The position numbers and the translations under genes were made by a program. Source: Heptranchias perlo (lineage: Eukaryota). From it: 64,000 nt of DNA. The stretch is from contig NC_090336.1 of assembly GCF_035084215.1 (NCBI RefSeq), positions 20,708,001 through 20,772,000 on the forward strand, written 5' to 3'. Positions 11,707 through 23,620 of the stretch are shown piece by piece. Positions within the stretch are counted from its first letter, which is position 1. Every line of letters starts with the position of its first letter. The notes under the pieces are model-generated. The model saw only the letters and a list, made by a program, of their open reading frames with translations, did no database searches and was not told where the DNA came from.

Positions 11707-13199
11707 GTAAGTGACCTCTTTCTGCTCTACACAAGCTGCCTCCAGTCCTTTACCAGCACCAACATTCCCAGATGTGGTGGATTTTCAAGTCCTTCAGGAG
11801 ATGCTGCACTCAGCGGTCACTTGCAGCCTCCCATATTATGTCATTGTGGACTCATTTCATCATAGTTTAAGGAATTCTTGAAGGAACACATCCAAGCATG
11901 TGATTTTGAACCATGTAATACATTATGAGGGGCAGTGATGGGCCTCCCCTGAAGTTGGAAAACTGGTAGCTGGATGGCTCTATCGGGCTGGTTCAGAGGT
12001 TGGAAAGCTGCAGTGGACTGCTGCGTTGGTTGCAGGGCTGCGCAGCGCCACTCCATTGGCTGGAGGGCTGCAGTAGGCCATCAGCAGAGGAGCTGTATAC
12101 TCCGTTACGTATGGCACCCAGCTGGAGACACTGTTCTTCACACAATGCATTCTTACAAAATCTGAATCAGAATAATTCGTCAATAAGTCATTGTGCACCA
12201 GTGTGAGCACACCTCCTCTTGTTTAAAAGAGGTGTTGCGCATTGCTGATCAGAGTGGGTGTGCTTCAAAGTGCATGTTAATTGGAATATTAGGGATGGCT
12301 GATTATGAATTCATGATATTCTAGCTGTATGTTATTGAGACAGTTACAGTTGCTAATAACAGTACACCTGTGATACAGGGGGTGTTCACTGAATGAAATG
12401 GGATAAAGGGAACATTAACAATAATACAAGAAGGTGGCTCAGCAACCCCTGCATACCTCCAAAGTAATTTGGTTAATGCAGACTTTGGTGGAAGGGGCTG
12501 CCACCCAGTACAGTGAATATGGCCTTGGGTGGGACAGGCTATCATCTACTTCACTGAGTGCAGACGTGGATGGGACAGGCTGCTGCCCAGCATGGTGAAG
12601 GCAGCCTCGGGTACAATAGAGTGCCACCGAGTAAATGTAGCCTTTCATTCACCATTTTGGGGCCAGTCTGTCCCACCTAGCAAATGTAGCCTTAGGTGAG
12701 ACAGACTGGCCCCAAAATGGTGAATGTGGCCTCAGTTGAAGCTTTCAGAAAGGATTGGAAGGATTCACGCAGAAGGGAGAGTGGTTTCCTGGTCCTTCCT
12801 GTTATATTCTTCTGTACTGGTAACTGTGGGAAAACTTACTGAATTCTCACCCGATTGGCCATAAAAAGCATTGTATTATTAAGTGAGTATGTGGTTGGCC
12901 ACCTGGTGGGTAATTATTTGGAGGTGGCTGGAATTCTACCTGCCAGATGTGTAGTAACAAGCAGTATGACATTATTTCATGATGAGAGCTACATGATTCT
13001 CTGTAGCAATGAATGACCACTCAGCTAGTGGAACACTGATTTTCAGAGAGGTATTTTGTGTATAGGCGGAACGATCGGCACTTATGTGTAGAAAATAAAA
13101 GTTTGCTGGTGCCAGAGTTCTTGTGAATGTTTCTTAGAGAGTGTTGGAGATTTGGAATTATTCCATCCTCATAAATATCTAAGAATCCTAAGGACTGGG

Positions 13200-13640
13200 T
13201 ATGCAGATGGTTAGATCTAGGTTATAATTCAGCTCATGGTTGGAATGAGAGTCACCTAACTCTGCTTGCTATACAGGATCTAAAATGCTTACTGCAACTA
13301 AGTTACCAATCTCACTCAAAGGGACCAAAACAATAGTCATTGTGAGAAAAGAAAAAATATCATTCTGATACAGTAGGGAGTGCTTCATTAAGGCAATGCA
13401 GAGGGCGCTTTATATAACATCTAATTGTGCTATCTATGGCTTGGGAGTACTTGATGGGCAGCATGGAGGGAGCATCTAACCCACATTTGCCACCTGACCT
13501 AAGGGTATTTGATGGGAGGAAACTTAATCTGCATCTAACTGTGCTATTCTTTACCTGAGAGGGCTTAATGCTGACACTGGGTGTCCAAAATGGAAAGCAT
13601 CCATTCCCCAGTACTGGTATTCCTTTTGGTGTTCACCAAA
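13200..13640 (+). mobile_element. LF-SINE-like element with internal ~60-bp tandem units
   Basis: Repeated gagggagc(ttt)..atctaac..tgtgctat..tgacct.ggag.gtttgatggg units; homologous to 17085-17780 and 19925-20455. Confidence 0.5.
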
Positions 13641-13926
13641 AGTTAGTTTAGCAACAGATTCCTAGGACCAGTTACTTCACTATGTCAAATATTGAGAAAA
13701 TCTGGGTTACAAGCGCAGCCAGCATCCTTGAAGTGGTCATAACACTTGCCCAAGGTCAGTGGATGGCACAAACCTTTTAAATAGTGGCTCAAAATACTGA
13801 AGATTTGAACTTTTCAAGCCTAGGGAACATGCCTGGGACTGGCAGAGTATGAATGATCGTGTAGAGTCCTGTCTGCAGAAACCTGCAGTTGGAGCTTCTG
13901 ATATCTCCTCTCCATTTCTCCCCCAG

Positions 13927-14008
13927 AGCTGCCCTGGAAGAGAATGCATACAGTCGCATGAAACAGGTGCTGCGATGGTACTTGTCTGGCTTTTATAAGA
14001 AACCAAAG
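13927..14008 (+). CDS. OSBPL5: OSBPL5 exon, ORD
   Basis: cccccag|...|gtaagg; AALEENAYSRMKQVLRWYLSGFYKKPK. Confidence 0.96.
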
Positions 14009-14299
14009 GTAAGGTGGTGCCAGGAGAGAGTGGTGGAGAGGGCCCGTATCAGGAGAAAGAGGTTGAGGGCAGTGGGGTGGGTGCCAGGATGAGCTGCCCA
14101 TGGGGAAGAGGCTACAGTGATGGCACTGTGTCCAAAGACACTGGCCCTGGAAATCTGTGAAGTGGTTTGCGCCCACCCATTACGACAGCTGGTTGGGACC
14201 TCTGATCGTCAGTGATTTGCACCACTAGCCTTGCCAGACTTCGCTAGGTCGGCATTTAAATATGCATTGACCTTGCAAAATCTAGGGATGGGAGTGATG

Positions 14300-15680
14300 G
14301 GCGGCTGAGGTTTTGACATGTTGGAGTTTGTGTAAGATGGGAAGGAGGACATTGGAGAAAATGAGCGTTGAGGTGATAAAAGCCTGGCTAAGAATTTCAG
14401 CAGCTGCGGGGCTGGGGTCGGAGGCTGCCAATGTTTCAGAGGTGGAAGTAAGTGATCTTCTTGATGGATAGGATGAGAGATTTGAAGCTCAGCCAGGTTT
14501 TACACAGTCTAGTTTAGCCTGAGCAAATCGCTGGGGAGGGGATTGAGTCAGTGGCAAGGGACCAGAGTTTATGGAAAGGGCTGAAACCGATGGCTTTGTT
14601 CTTCTTGATGTTCAGTTAGAGGAAATTTTGACTCATCCATAATTTCATATCACACAGACAGTCTGACTGTATAAATGTGGTTGTAGAGTAAAGTGGTGGA
14701 GAGGTAAAGCTGGGTGTCATCAGCATACATTTGGAAGCTGATCCCATGTATGTGGATGATGTCACTGAAGGCAGCAGGTAGATGAAAAAGAGTGGGGGGG
14801 GACTCTGGAGGTGATGGTATGGGGTGAAGGCAGTCCCAAGGAACTGAACAATGGAGGCGAGATATGCAGCAATAATTATGTATATATTAAATGCTGTGAA
14901 GAGATTGAGAAGGACAAGAAGGAATAATGCACCATGATCACAATCACAAAGGATGTCATTTGTCATTGCCGGAACAGTATTGGTGCTGTGAGCAGGAGGA
15001 AACTGGACTGGAGAGTCAAACACAATTTTGGTAAAGATGGGGAGAGATGAGATGTTTGAGACCTTAGAGAGGAAAGGGAGTTGCAGTATTTGGAGAGGAC
15101 GGATGGGTTAAGGGTAGACGTTTGGAGGAGAGGGTGATGGTGGTTTTGAAAGGAAGGGGGACAGTGCATGAGCAAAGAGAGCCATTTACCATTTTGGCAT
15201 GCTTGGGGTGGTGAGGGGTAGTTGAGTAGTCAGATGTTGAGTGAGGAGGGGATCAAGGGAGCAGGAAGAGGGTCTCATGGTAGAAGAGATGAGCTTGGAG
15301 AAGGCATGGGGGAGAGGGAGGAGATACTGCAGATGACTGGTTTATAATGGGAAACCAAGGAAAGGTGAAGAGCAGCGGGGGAGAGGAGGGGAAGGTAGTG
15401 GACAAAGGCAGATGTACCGTTGGTTTCAATCCTACAGATGAAGAAATCTATGAGCTCTTCACACTTGGTATTGGAGGTGAGGGTGGATGAAAGTGTTTTG
15501 AAGGAGGTGTTTAATCTTCGAGAAAAGGAGCTGTGGGTTTGCCTTGCCCTCTAGGATGACTGGAGTACTGGGAAGATTTGGCTGAGGACAGCAAGTCACA
15601 ATAGTGCTTAACATAGATGAGCCAGTTCTAGCAATGAATGACTAGACCAGTTGTGTTGCTAGGTGTGCTTAAATTGTTTA
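14300..15680 (-). mobile_element. Degenerate L2 LINE ORF2
   Basis: TNDILCDCDHGALFLLVLLNLFTAF and MYADDTQL remnants on the minus strand. Confidence 0.8.
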
Positions 15681-16112
15681 CTTTACACCCTGTTACTGCA
15701 CGCAGGCCACTATTCATTGCTGCAGTGCTAGTCAGTTGAATACATTGTGTTTTTAAACAATCTGCCATTGATAAAGCCTATTTGCATTGTAACTGTACAC
15801 AGAACAATGTGAATTTAGGAAATTAGAGCAGCTAGCTGATGCCATTTTAAACTGTTTTATTCTGGGTTACCATTGCCTTTCAACTATATACACGGTCGTG
15901 GACAGGAACCAGCTACATTCCGGCTTGTATGCTATGGCCTTCAGATTTAAACTCTGGGGCTACATAGGGCCAAGACTTCACCCTTCAAAGCTGAGCCTGA
16001 CTTTGAAATTAACTCGTGAGATTGACAGCCACTTTGAGTATGTCTCACACAGGCAGGCCTGATGGATGGTTTCATTTTTCTTTTCTCTTCATGTCTTTTT
16101 TGTTTCCTGCAG

Positions 16113-16211
16113 GGTCTGAAAAAACCGTATAATCCTATCCTGGGAGAGACTTTTCGCTGCTACTGGTACCACCCCAAAACCGACAGCCGCACCTTCTACA
16201 TTGCAGAGCAG
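16113..16211 (+). CDS. OSBPL5: OSBPL5 exon, ORD (KPYNPILGETF)
   Basis: ttcctgcag|...|gtaacc; GLKKPYNPILGETFRCYWYHPKTDSRTFYIAEQ. Confidence 0.96.
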
Positions 16212-16784
16212 GTAACCCTCGCTTTAAATTGGCATATACTACATCCTTCCCCATGGAACGCTGTGTAAAGGGTAAAATACCAAATGTGTCTGTGCCCAAC
16301 CTGGTACGGCTCCTCCTGTATATATTCTGAGTTGCACCTTGCAAAAAACGAATGGACTTTGAGGGTAATTGCTGACTGTTCTAAGTCACTATAATGCCTT
16401 GTCTGAGAGGGATGCCAGGCCTGTGTTAGGGTTGGGTCTGTCCAATAGAGATGTTGGACAGGTGTCAAAGAAGAAGAAGAAAGGTGCCATGTAGATTCCA
16501 GGGAGTGAAAATGTCTGAAAAGGTGTCAGGTGGGCATTGGTGATGGTGAGGGGAGGAATCTTGGGGGGATGGAGGGGGAGAGGGATATCCAAGGGATTCT
16601 GAGTGAGGAACAGAGATGTCCGCACTAGTGTCGGGGAAGGATGCAAGGTTACATTCTTGCACAAGTTTCTTTGGAGGGGCAGGGGTTGGGATAGAGGCAT
16701 CAATGCAGGAATCCTTTCCATGAGGGAATATTTTCCAAATGGTCACAAAGTTCCAGACTGACTGCCCATTCTGCTTCATCACAG

Positions 16785-16881
16785 GTATCCCATCATCCCC
16801 CGGTGTCTGCCTTTTACATCAGTAATAGGAAGGACAATTTCTGTATCAGCGGCTCTATCCTGGCCCGCTCCAAGTTCTATG
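16785..16881 (+). CDS. OSBPL5: OSBPL5 exon, OSBP fingerprint
   Basis: catcacag|...|gtaaga; VSHHPPVSAFYISNRKDNFCISGSILARSKFY(G) completes EQVSHHPP. Confidence 0.96.
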
Positions 16882-17084
16882 GTAAGATATTTAACAGCAA
16901 TCAGAATCTTGTAATAGAGTATTGTTGCAGTTTATAGCAGCTAGATTTATCTTTGGTGAAAGGAGAAAAGAGTCTGCCAGTCAGAGTAATGGGGACGTTT
17001 TCCCTGCAGTGGTAGTGTTTGATGGTATTAGATGGATATCCTGAGTGTGAGTAACAGCATACTCTCAATTACAGGATATTTTAC

Positions 17085-17780
17085 CAGAACCTTAAAACAC
17101 TGACCTTTCACCTGAATCTGAATCCAACCCATGAAAGGTGAAAATTTACTCCCTGTTAGTGTATTACAGGGGAAATTTGCTGGCTGTTAGCGTATTACAG
17201 GGGAAATTCTACACTGCTAGTGGGAAAGCCTGATGCAAAGGGAGCATGGGTCAGAGATAGGGTACACAACTGTAGCTCCAATTCTCCAACCCATGCTCCC
17301 TGCAAGCATGGTTCCCTACCGGGAAGATGGAATTCTGGAATTACCCCTTGTGTGAAATGTGTTTGAGCAGTCCCAATCGACAGTTACATGGGTAAGATGG
17401 GTATAGAGGGATATGGGCCAAGTGCAGGAAATTGGGACTAGCTTAGTGGTATAAACTGGGCGACATGGACATGTTGGGCCAAAGGGCCTGTTTCCATGTT
17501 GTAACTTCTATGATTCTATGATTCTATGGGTAATGAACACAAACTGGCCCTATTTCAGTATCAATTGGCAAACTCAGAGAATAGAAAAAGTTACACTAGT
17601 GCAGCAGGGTTGCTCTTATGAGCTTGGGGCTGAAATACATTGGGGTAGTGTGGAGGGAGCTTTAATCTGCCTCTAACTCTTGCTGTACCTGACCTGGAAC
17701 TGCTTGACGCCGACAGGGTACCTGAAATGGCAAGTGTTCTATCTCCCACCACTAACATCCCACCTGGACGAGCAGAAAAA
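17085..17780 (+). mobile_element. LF-SINE-like element carrying a nested MITE (17199-17348) and a young CR1 tail (17383-17528)
   Basis: cctttcacct head, tgtgaaatg core, tgctgtacctgacctgg 3' part. The MITE has ggggaaatt...aattacccct ends; the CR1 tail is (ttctatga)n. Confidence 0.55.
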
Positions 17781-17950
17781 GTTTTAATTTTTTTTTTAAT
17801 TCTAGAAGCTCAGACATATAAAGGCAAAGGGTGTCCCAGATAGTGTGGACTGCTAGCTTGCTCACTGTTTCACTGCACTATAAATTCTGTTTAGAGGTAG
17901 AAGCTTAAGTTGCTCCATTCTCTGAGAACCTTTTTCTTTCTCTTCTGAAG

Positions 17951-18049
17951 GTAACTCATTATCTGCCATATTGGATGGGAAAGCACGACTGCGGTTCATC
18001 AACAGACACGAGGATTATATCATCACCATGCCATATGCACACTGCAAAG
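17951..18049 (+). CDS. OSBPL5: OSBPL5 exon, ORD
   Basis: tcttctgaag|...|gtatag; (G)NSLSAILDGKARLRFINRHEDYIITMPYAHCK(G). Confidence 0.95.
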
Positions 18050-18668
18050 GTATAGCTTCAGGTGGTATGTGCCTCTATGATTTGTGATTGCACACTGCAG
18101 TGCAAAACTGGGATGCAGCTCACAATATAGGATCAGGGAGGCCTTTTGGCTCACTTGAGCTCATCCTTCTGGGATACCAACTCAACCATCCTCCCATTAC
18201 AGCATCTCTAGCTGTTTCTAGAATGTTCTGGGGAGTATTTTGGGTTCAACTACTCTTGTTGGCAACTTTTTGCAGCTGTTGATCACCTTCTCTGTAAAGA
18301 AACACTTCTTGATTCCACAGCTGTGCAACATGAAGACCTGGATGAGCTAAAATTTCCTTCAGTCTATTTTGTTCCCCACTGTCTCTGCTCCACCATTAGC
18401 GGATGCCCCTTTAGCCACCTTGTCCCCATCATCTGGAGCTCCTTTCCTCAGCATCTCTGCCTTGCCACCTCCAACCCTGCCCTCAAATACTTCTATAAGA
18501 CCTTCCTCTTAAACTGTGCACTTATGCCTTCAGACTCTTCCATTTTTTTCCTCAGTCACTATCCCGTGTGCTGTAAAGTGCTCCAAGGTGTCTTTTTGTA
18601 AGTAATTGTCATGTTAATAGTATTGTCACCATCCTAGTATCAATATTTATTCATCCTCTACGTCCCAG

Positions 18669-18766
18669 GTCTCTTGTATGGAACGCTGACCCTGGAGATG
18701 GGAGGGAAGATAACCATTGAGTGTGAGAAAACCCACTACAAGGCAGAACTCGAGTTCAAGCTCAAG
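18669..18766 (+). CDS. OSBPL5: OSBPL5 exon, ORD
   Basis: gtcccag|...|gtgaga; (G)LLYGTLTLEMGGKITIECEKTHYKAELEFKLK. Confidence 0.95.
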
Positions 18767-19223
18767 GTGAGAGAAAGGAGAGACCTTGCCCAATGCTCCA
18801 GCAAAGCAGCTGGCTGCTATATCACATTAACAAGGGGCATTTATGAGCTGAAATGTGCGCAACTGTGTGAGTGAAAGTAGAATAATACATGTAATGGGGT
18901 AGATTTTTGTCTTCACCGCCTGAGTGGATCACCTGTTCATTGTCGAAACTGCCTGATCTTCATTCCATTGATATTTATGCAAATTTATCCCACGGTGACT
19001 GAATAGAGTTTGACAGCTGTCCGAGTACTCACCAAGCATTCTCTGTAAATCTGCAGTAAAGAAAGAACTTGCACTTATGTACCACCTTTCACGACGTCTC
19101 AAAGCGCTTTACAACCAATATTGCACCTACCCCGTCAGGAGTCTCTGGTTCATTCTGATTCACTGATGCATGCTTTACTGAATTTTACAGTTCCAATTGT
19201 ACTTATCTCCTGTTTACTGACAG

Positions 19224-19313
19224 CCTTTCCTGGGTGGCAGCGACAGTGTGAACCAGATCACCGGGAAGATAGCGCTGGGAGAGGAGGTACAAGCCACACT
19301 CGAGGGACACTGG
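19224..19313 (+). CDS. OSBPL5: OSBPL5 exon, ORD
   Basis: actgacag|...|gtaagt; PFLGGSDSVNQITGKIALGEEVQATLEGHW. Confidence 0.95.
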
Positions 19314-19924
19314 GTAAGTGCTTGCAGCCACTTTGGGCCTGATGACAAAATCAATTCTCTGCTTTTGGTCACTTTTCTGTTTTCCCAATTTTCCCCCGTC
19401 CGTCTCCTAATCTTGCTGGGGCTTCATGGGTACTGCCCATCCTATGGTATCTCCCCCAATTGGCAGTTCTTCCTGTGTGAAACTAGATAGTGAATGTTGG
19501 CAGATTATTGAACTGTGAAGGCATCACGGATGAGCCCAATCTTCTCTTTTTTTCCTCATCCACACTTGCACTTTCCAGTTCTGGAGCACCAAGTCCACTT
19601 GTAGCATGCCCACTGCAGCCCCTAGATTCAGCACAGACTGAGCTGGGTTCTTTCGGTCTGTATAGCTTATTACCACACCAAGCAGTGCCTTTAGCACTGG
19701 ACCATCACATGAGCCACCTTTACTTTTTAGTTATTGGTTAACGGAATCCCCCAATCATAGAACAAGCTCCTCATCCGTCTATGTCTATTTAAACTGCGGT
19801 TTACTTGCTCACTGACTACTCAACCAAGTAAGTGGAAGGCTGCATTCATCCACAAACTCTGTCCCTCTGGGGCCATCTGGAATGTCTCTTCACCTTTCAA
19901 AAGACATTCACTTTTTAAATGACA

Positions 19925-20455
19925 GTGTCCGCTCACCTCCGGGACCTGGGTTCAAATAGATAAGACCATTTGGATGAAAGTCTCCTAAGTCTGTTGGTCA
20001 TATAGGTCCAATGTGAAATAAGTTTGGCCGGTCTATATCCAGTTCCTGGCGGGCAGGGGACTGCAGCAAAAATGTCTCCTACTTCAAGACTAAATTAGCA
20101 ATCTTATTCAGAGGTCACAGGGTGGCTGGTATGGGAACTAAAAAATGGGGTGCCAAACTGAGGTTGGGGCTGTAGCACATTATTGGGGGGCAGTGTAGGG
20201 GCAGTTTTACTTTGCATCCAAGTTGAGCTATATCTGACCTGGGTGTTATTGATGGGGCAGTTTACTCTGCATCTAAGTAATATTGTATTTGGGTTGGGAG
20301 TTCTTAATGGGGAAATGTAGAGGGAGCTTCACTCTGCATCTAATTATTGCTATACCTGATCTAGGAGCAGTGTTGAGTGAGTCTAACACATGCTGCACAT
20401 GAATAGGGAGTGCTTGGTCACTAATTTCCCTTACTTTGATAAGCATAAAATTCAG
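19925..20455 (+). mobile_element. LF-SINE-like element with internal tandem units
   Basis: ctgggttcaaat B-box, atgtgaaataagtttgg..tccagttcct core, three or four ~60-bp units, end aagcataaaattca. Confidence 0.55.
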
Positions 20456-20587
20456 AGGAACAATTTTTTAAACTAATAATTAGAATATTGGGAAGTAGAA
20501 CGAGGAGGTGGTAACACCAGATAATCTTTGGGAATTAGGAGCCTTTCTACATCACTCTCTGCTGTTTTTTTCTCCTTTTTGCAACAG

Positions 20588-20724
20588 GATCGGGACGTGT
20601 GTATCCATGAGAAAAAAACTGGGTTCTCTGATATATTCTGGAGTGTCACCAGTGAGATTCGGAAACAGCGTCTAGTGCGTCACATTGTGTGGTTTGAAGA
20701 GCAGGGCGATTTTGAGTCTGAAAG
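20588..20724 (+). CDS. OSBPL5: OSBPL5 exon, ORD
   Basis: ttttgcaacag|...|gtatgt; DRDVCIHEKKTGFSDIFWSVTSEIRKQRLVRHIVWFEEQGDFESE(R). Confidence 0.94.
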
Positions 20725-20899
20725 GTATGTCAAACAGGGGACAAGTAATATCACAGCTACGAGGTGAATGTATTGTGCAAATTATTACATGAGGACCATA
20801 AATCGGCTCCCTCTTTCCTATCTCTTTGCAAAGCAGGGTCACTCAGCAAGTCTGAAGCTACAATCTCAAACCAATTCACTCCCCAATGCTTCTGTCAGT

Positions 20900-21250
20900 T
20901 TGGCTCAGACTCACCTCTGGGTCAGAAAGTTGTGGGCTCAAGATCTGATCCAGGATTTGAGCACATGATCTAGGCTGGCATTATGGTGCTTCAGTACCCT
21001 CCTTAAGATGACATGTTAAACTGAGGACCCTTCTACATGTTCAGATGGACAGTTCTAGTGTCCTAGGCAACATTCCTCCCTCAACCAACAATTAAAGACA
21101 GATTAACTGGTCATTCATCTCATTGCTATTTGTGGGATCTTGCTGTGCACGGAATAGCTGCCATATTTGTCTATATAGTCAGTGCACTACAAATTAATTA
21201 GTTGTATGTGAAAAGTTGAGATGTTTCTGAGAGATGTGATAAAGAGCAAC
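20900..21250 (+). mobile_element. DeuSINE (SacSINE1/AmnSINE1-like)
   Basis: cctccctcaaccaaca...cagattaactggtcattcatctcattgctatttgtgggatcttgctgtgcac Deu-domain core. Confidence 0.75.
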
Positions 21251-21409
21251 TCTTAGTTTGTTTGACCTTGCTCCAACAATTGTTTTTAGAGCTAGCCAGA
21301 CTGAGCAGGCCTCCAATGGGATGTTCAGTACAGTGTGACCTGAGCTGCTTCCCTTTGAACTCAGTCATTTCATCATCATCATTATTATTATTCTACCACC
21401 CAACAGCTG

Positions 21410-21670
21410 GGATCCAGCATCCTCATGTGGTAATGCGTTGAATACATCAGCCAGGACTTAGCATGCTCCAATATTAATCGGTACAGCACCCTGGCCTCAG
21501 TGTTTTGCTGTGTTAGGAGCTTCAGTATAGCTGCCGGGAGTGACATACCTTTGTGTTAATGAGTACTATATAGCGAAAAGGACTTGGTGCGACCCTGTGG
21601 TATACAGGTTCTATACAGCACCAAGGACCTAGCATGCCCCTGTGTAAGTGAGTTTTATACAGCAGTGGTA
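21410..21670. repeat. Degenerate ~43-bp minisatellite
   Basis: About six units like ggacctagcatgcccctgtgtaagtgagttttatacagca. Confidence 0.55.
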
Positions 21671-21711
21671 TTCCAGGGGGGCAATTGTAATCCTTTCTAC
21701 TGTTCTTCCAG

Positions 21712-21897
21712 GCTGTGGCAGCAAGTGACGAGAGCAATAAAGAGCCGCGATCAAGAACAAGCGACACAAGAGAAGTTTATTCTGGAGGAAGCACAGCGCA
21801 AAGCCGCCAAAGAGCGTAAAGAGCAATGTGAGGGCTGGGTGACACAACTCTTCCAGCAGGATGTAGTGACAAAGAACTGGCAGTACAAGTTCACTGA
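21712..21897 (+). CDS. OSBPL5: OSBPL5 exon, ORD (EKFILEEAQR)
   Basis: ttcttccag|...|gtacgt; LWQQVTRAIKSRDQEQATQEKFILEEAQRKAAKERKEQCEGWVTQLFQQDVVTKNWQYKFT. Confidence 0.95.
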
Positions 21898-21959
21898 GTA
21901 CGTGGCCCTCATCACACTCTCTTGTATATTGTAAAGGAGGTTTAAAATAGTAACTCTCC

Positions 21960-22240
21960 TGCCCATATGCCCTGGTGGGTAAAGCTACCATCCAATTAGT
22001 AAAAGGTCCTATGGGTAAGGAATTTCCCAGGTTCAATCTCCTGAGTTAGCTTACCTCACTCAGGGCAGCTGTACAGCCATTACATTGGCACTTGGAGGGG
22101 CAAAAAAAATCAGGTAGGGTTTCTGCTGCTGACTGTTGTCCAATCACCCCTGCTGGAAAGTGCATGTGTGTAGAGATCAGGCGAGGACAAGACTGAGCTC
22201 AGATGTAATACCCTCCCCTGCTAAATAGCCTGCCGACACT
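21960..22240 (+). mobile_element. AmnSINE2-like SINE, interrupted by a Harbinger-like MITE
   Basis: cccaggttcaatc B-box; accccctgctggaaagtgcatgtgtg...gaggacaag-type core. Confidence 0.6.
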
Positions 22241-22791
22241 GGAGTTGGGGTTTTCCACTTCTGTACTAACCAGCCCAGGTTTTCCTCCCATTCGCTTTAA
22301 CGGAAAACTGCCTGAGAGTCAGAAGGAGCAAGTTTCGAATCCCACTTCAGACAGTCCTGGCGAGTTCCAGCTCTGAACTCTGGGTTGACATCCAGTGGGA
22401 TACTCACAACCGGTGGGTGCAGGTGGCCCTCCCTCATCATATGAGCCCATAAAACCCTTTTGCCATATAAGACTAACTACCCTACTGGCTGGTGTAAAGA
22501 TGGTTACAGCCATGGAAGGAGCGTTCACGTCGTGGCCTGTCAGACTGTTAATCAACATGGAAATACTTCCACTACTTCACGCTATTCTCCAAGGGATTCC
22601 AAGTTTTCCTGATTATCATCTAGAGCAGTGGAGCAAAGATCTGATAATAGAGCAGCATGACAGTCGCAATTCATAAGAGATGGCCTCCATTTTAGCCCCA
22701 TGGAGGTGCACTAATCCTTGTGGGAACCCTCCGCTAAATGCCTGAGAAGATTATGCTTGATATGATGCTTATCTGTTTTTTCTCCTTGCAG

Positions 22792-22927
22792 TATATATCC
22801 CTGGGATCCAACAAATGACATCATCCAATTTGAGAAGGATGGAGTCATTCAGACGAGTGTCCGACGTAAATCTCCAACAATTAAGTCAATGGATATCATC
22901 AGCAACAGCAGTCAAATAAGACGGCAG
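22792..22927 (+). CDS. OSBPL5: OSBPL5 exon, end of ORD
   Basis: ctccttgcag|; (D)IYPWDPTNDIIQFEKDGVIQTSVRRKSP...IRRQ. The donor cag|gtcatg is weak but gives the required phase 0. Confidence 0.85.
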
Positions 22928-22969
22928 GTCATGATCAAAATATTTGCACCATTCAAGAGTTGTCTGTAC

Positions 22970-23620
22970 TGAATCATAGAATTTTACAACACAGGCATTC
23001 AGCCCATCACAGCTATGCCTGCTCTCTGAAAGAACTATCCAGTTAGTTTCATTGCCCTGCCCTTTTCTTTTTCAAATATTTATCTACTTCCCTTTTAAAA
23101 GCTATTATGGATTCTACTTCCACCACTGTTTCTGGTGGGGGAATTCCATGTCCTAACAAATGTGTAAAAAGATTTCTTCTAACCTCTCCCTTCATCCTTT
23201 TAGTAATTATCTTAAATTCATACCCTCTGGTTACCTACTCCCCAATCAGTAGCTATAGCTTTTCCTGATTTTCCTTACAATTTTGAACATCTCTATCAGA
23301 TCTTCTCTGTTCTAGTGAAAATAGCTCCAATTTCTTTAGTCTTTCCTGATAACCAAAGCTTCTCATCCCTAGTCTCATCTTAGTAAATTACTTCTGCACC
23401 CTCTCCATTACTTTGGCATCCTTCCAAAACAGGATGTAATATTGTAACTGCAGTGTAACCTATGATTTGTATAGATTTAGCATTACCATTTTGCTTTTGT
23501 ACTTGTGCCACTATTTATGAAACTTATTTTACAGCTTTAAAATCAACTTATCCTCTCACTTTTAAGGATTTGTGTATCTAAACCCCTATTTCTCTCTGCT
23601 CTTCTACTCCTGTTAGTATT
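22970..23620 (-). mobile_element. Old CR1 3' fragment
   Basis: gaatcatagaa tail and degenerate ORF2 C-terminus on the minus strand. Confidence 0.75.
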
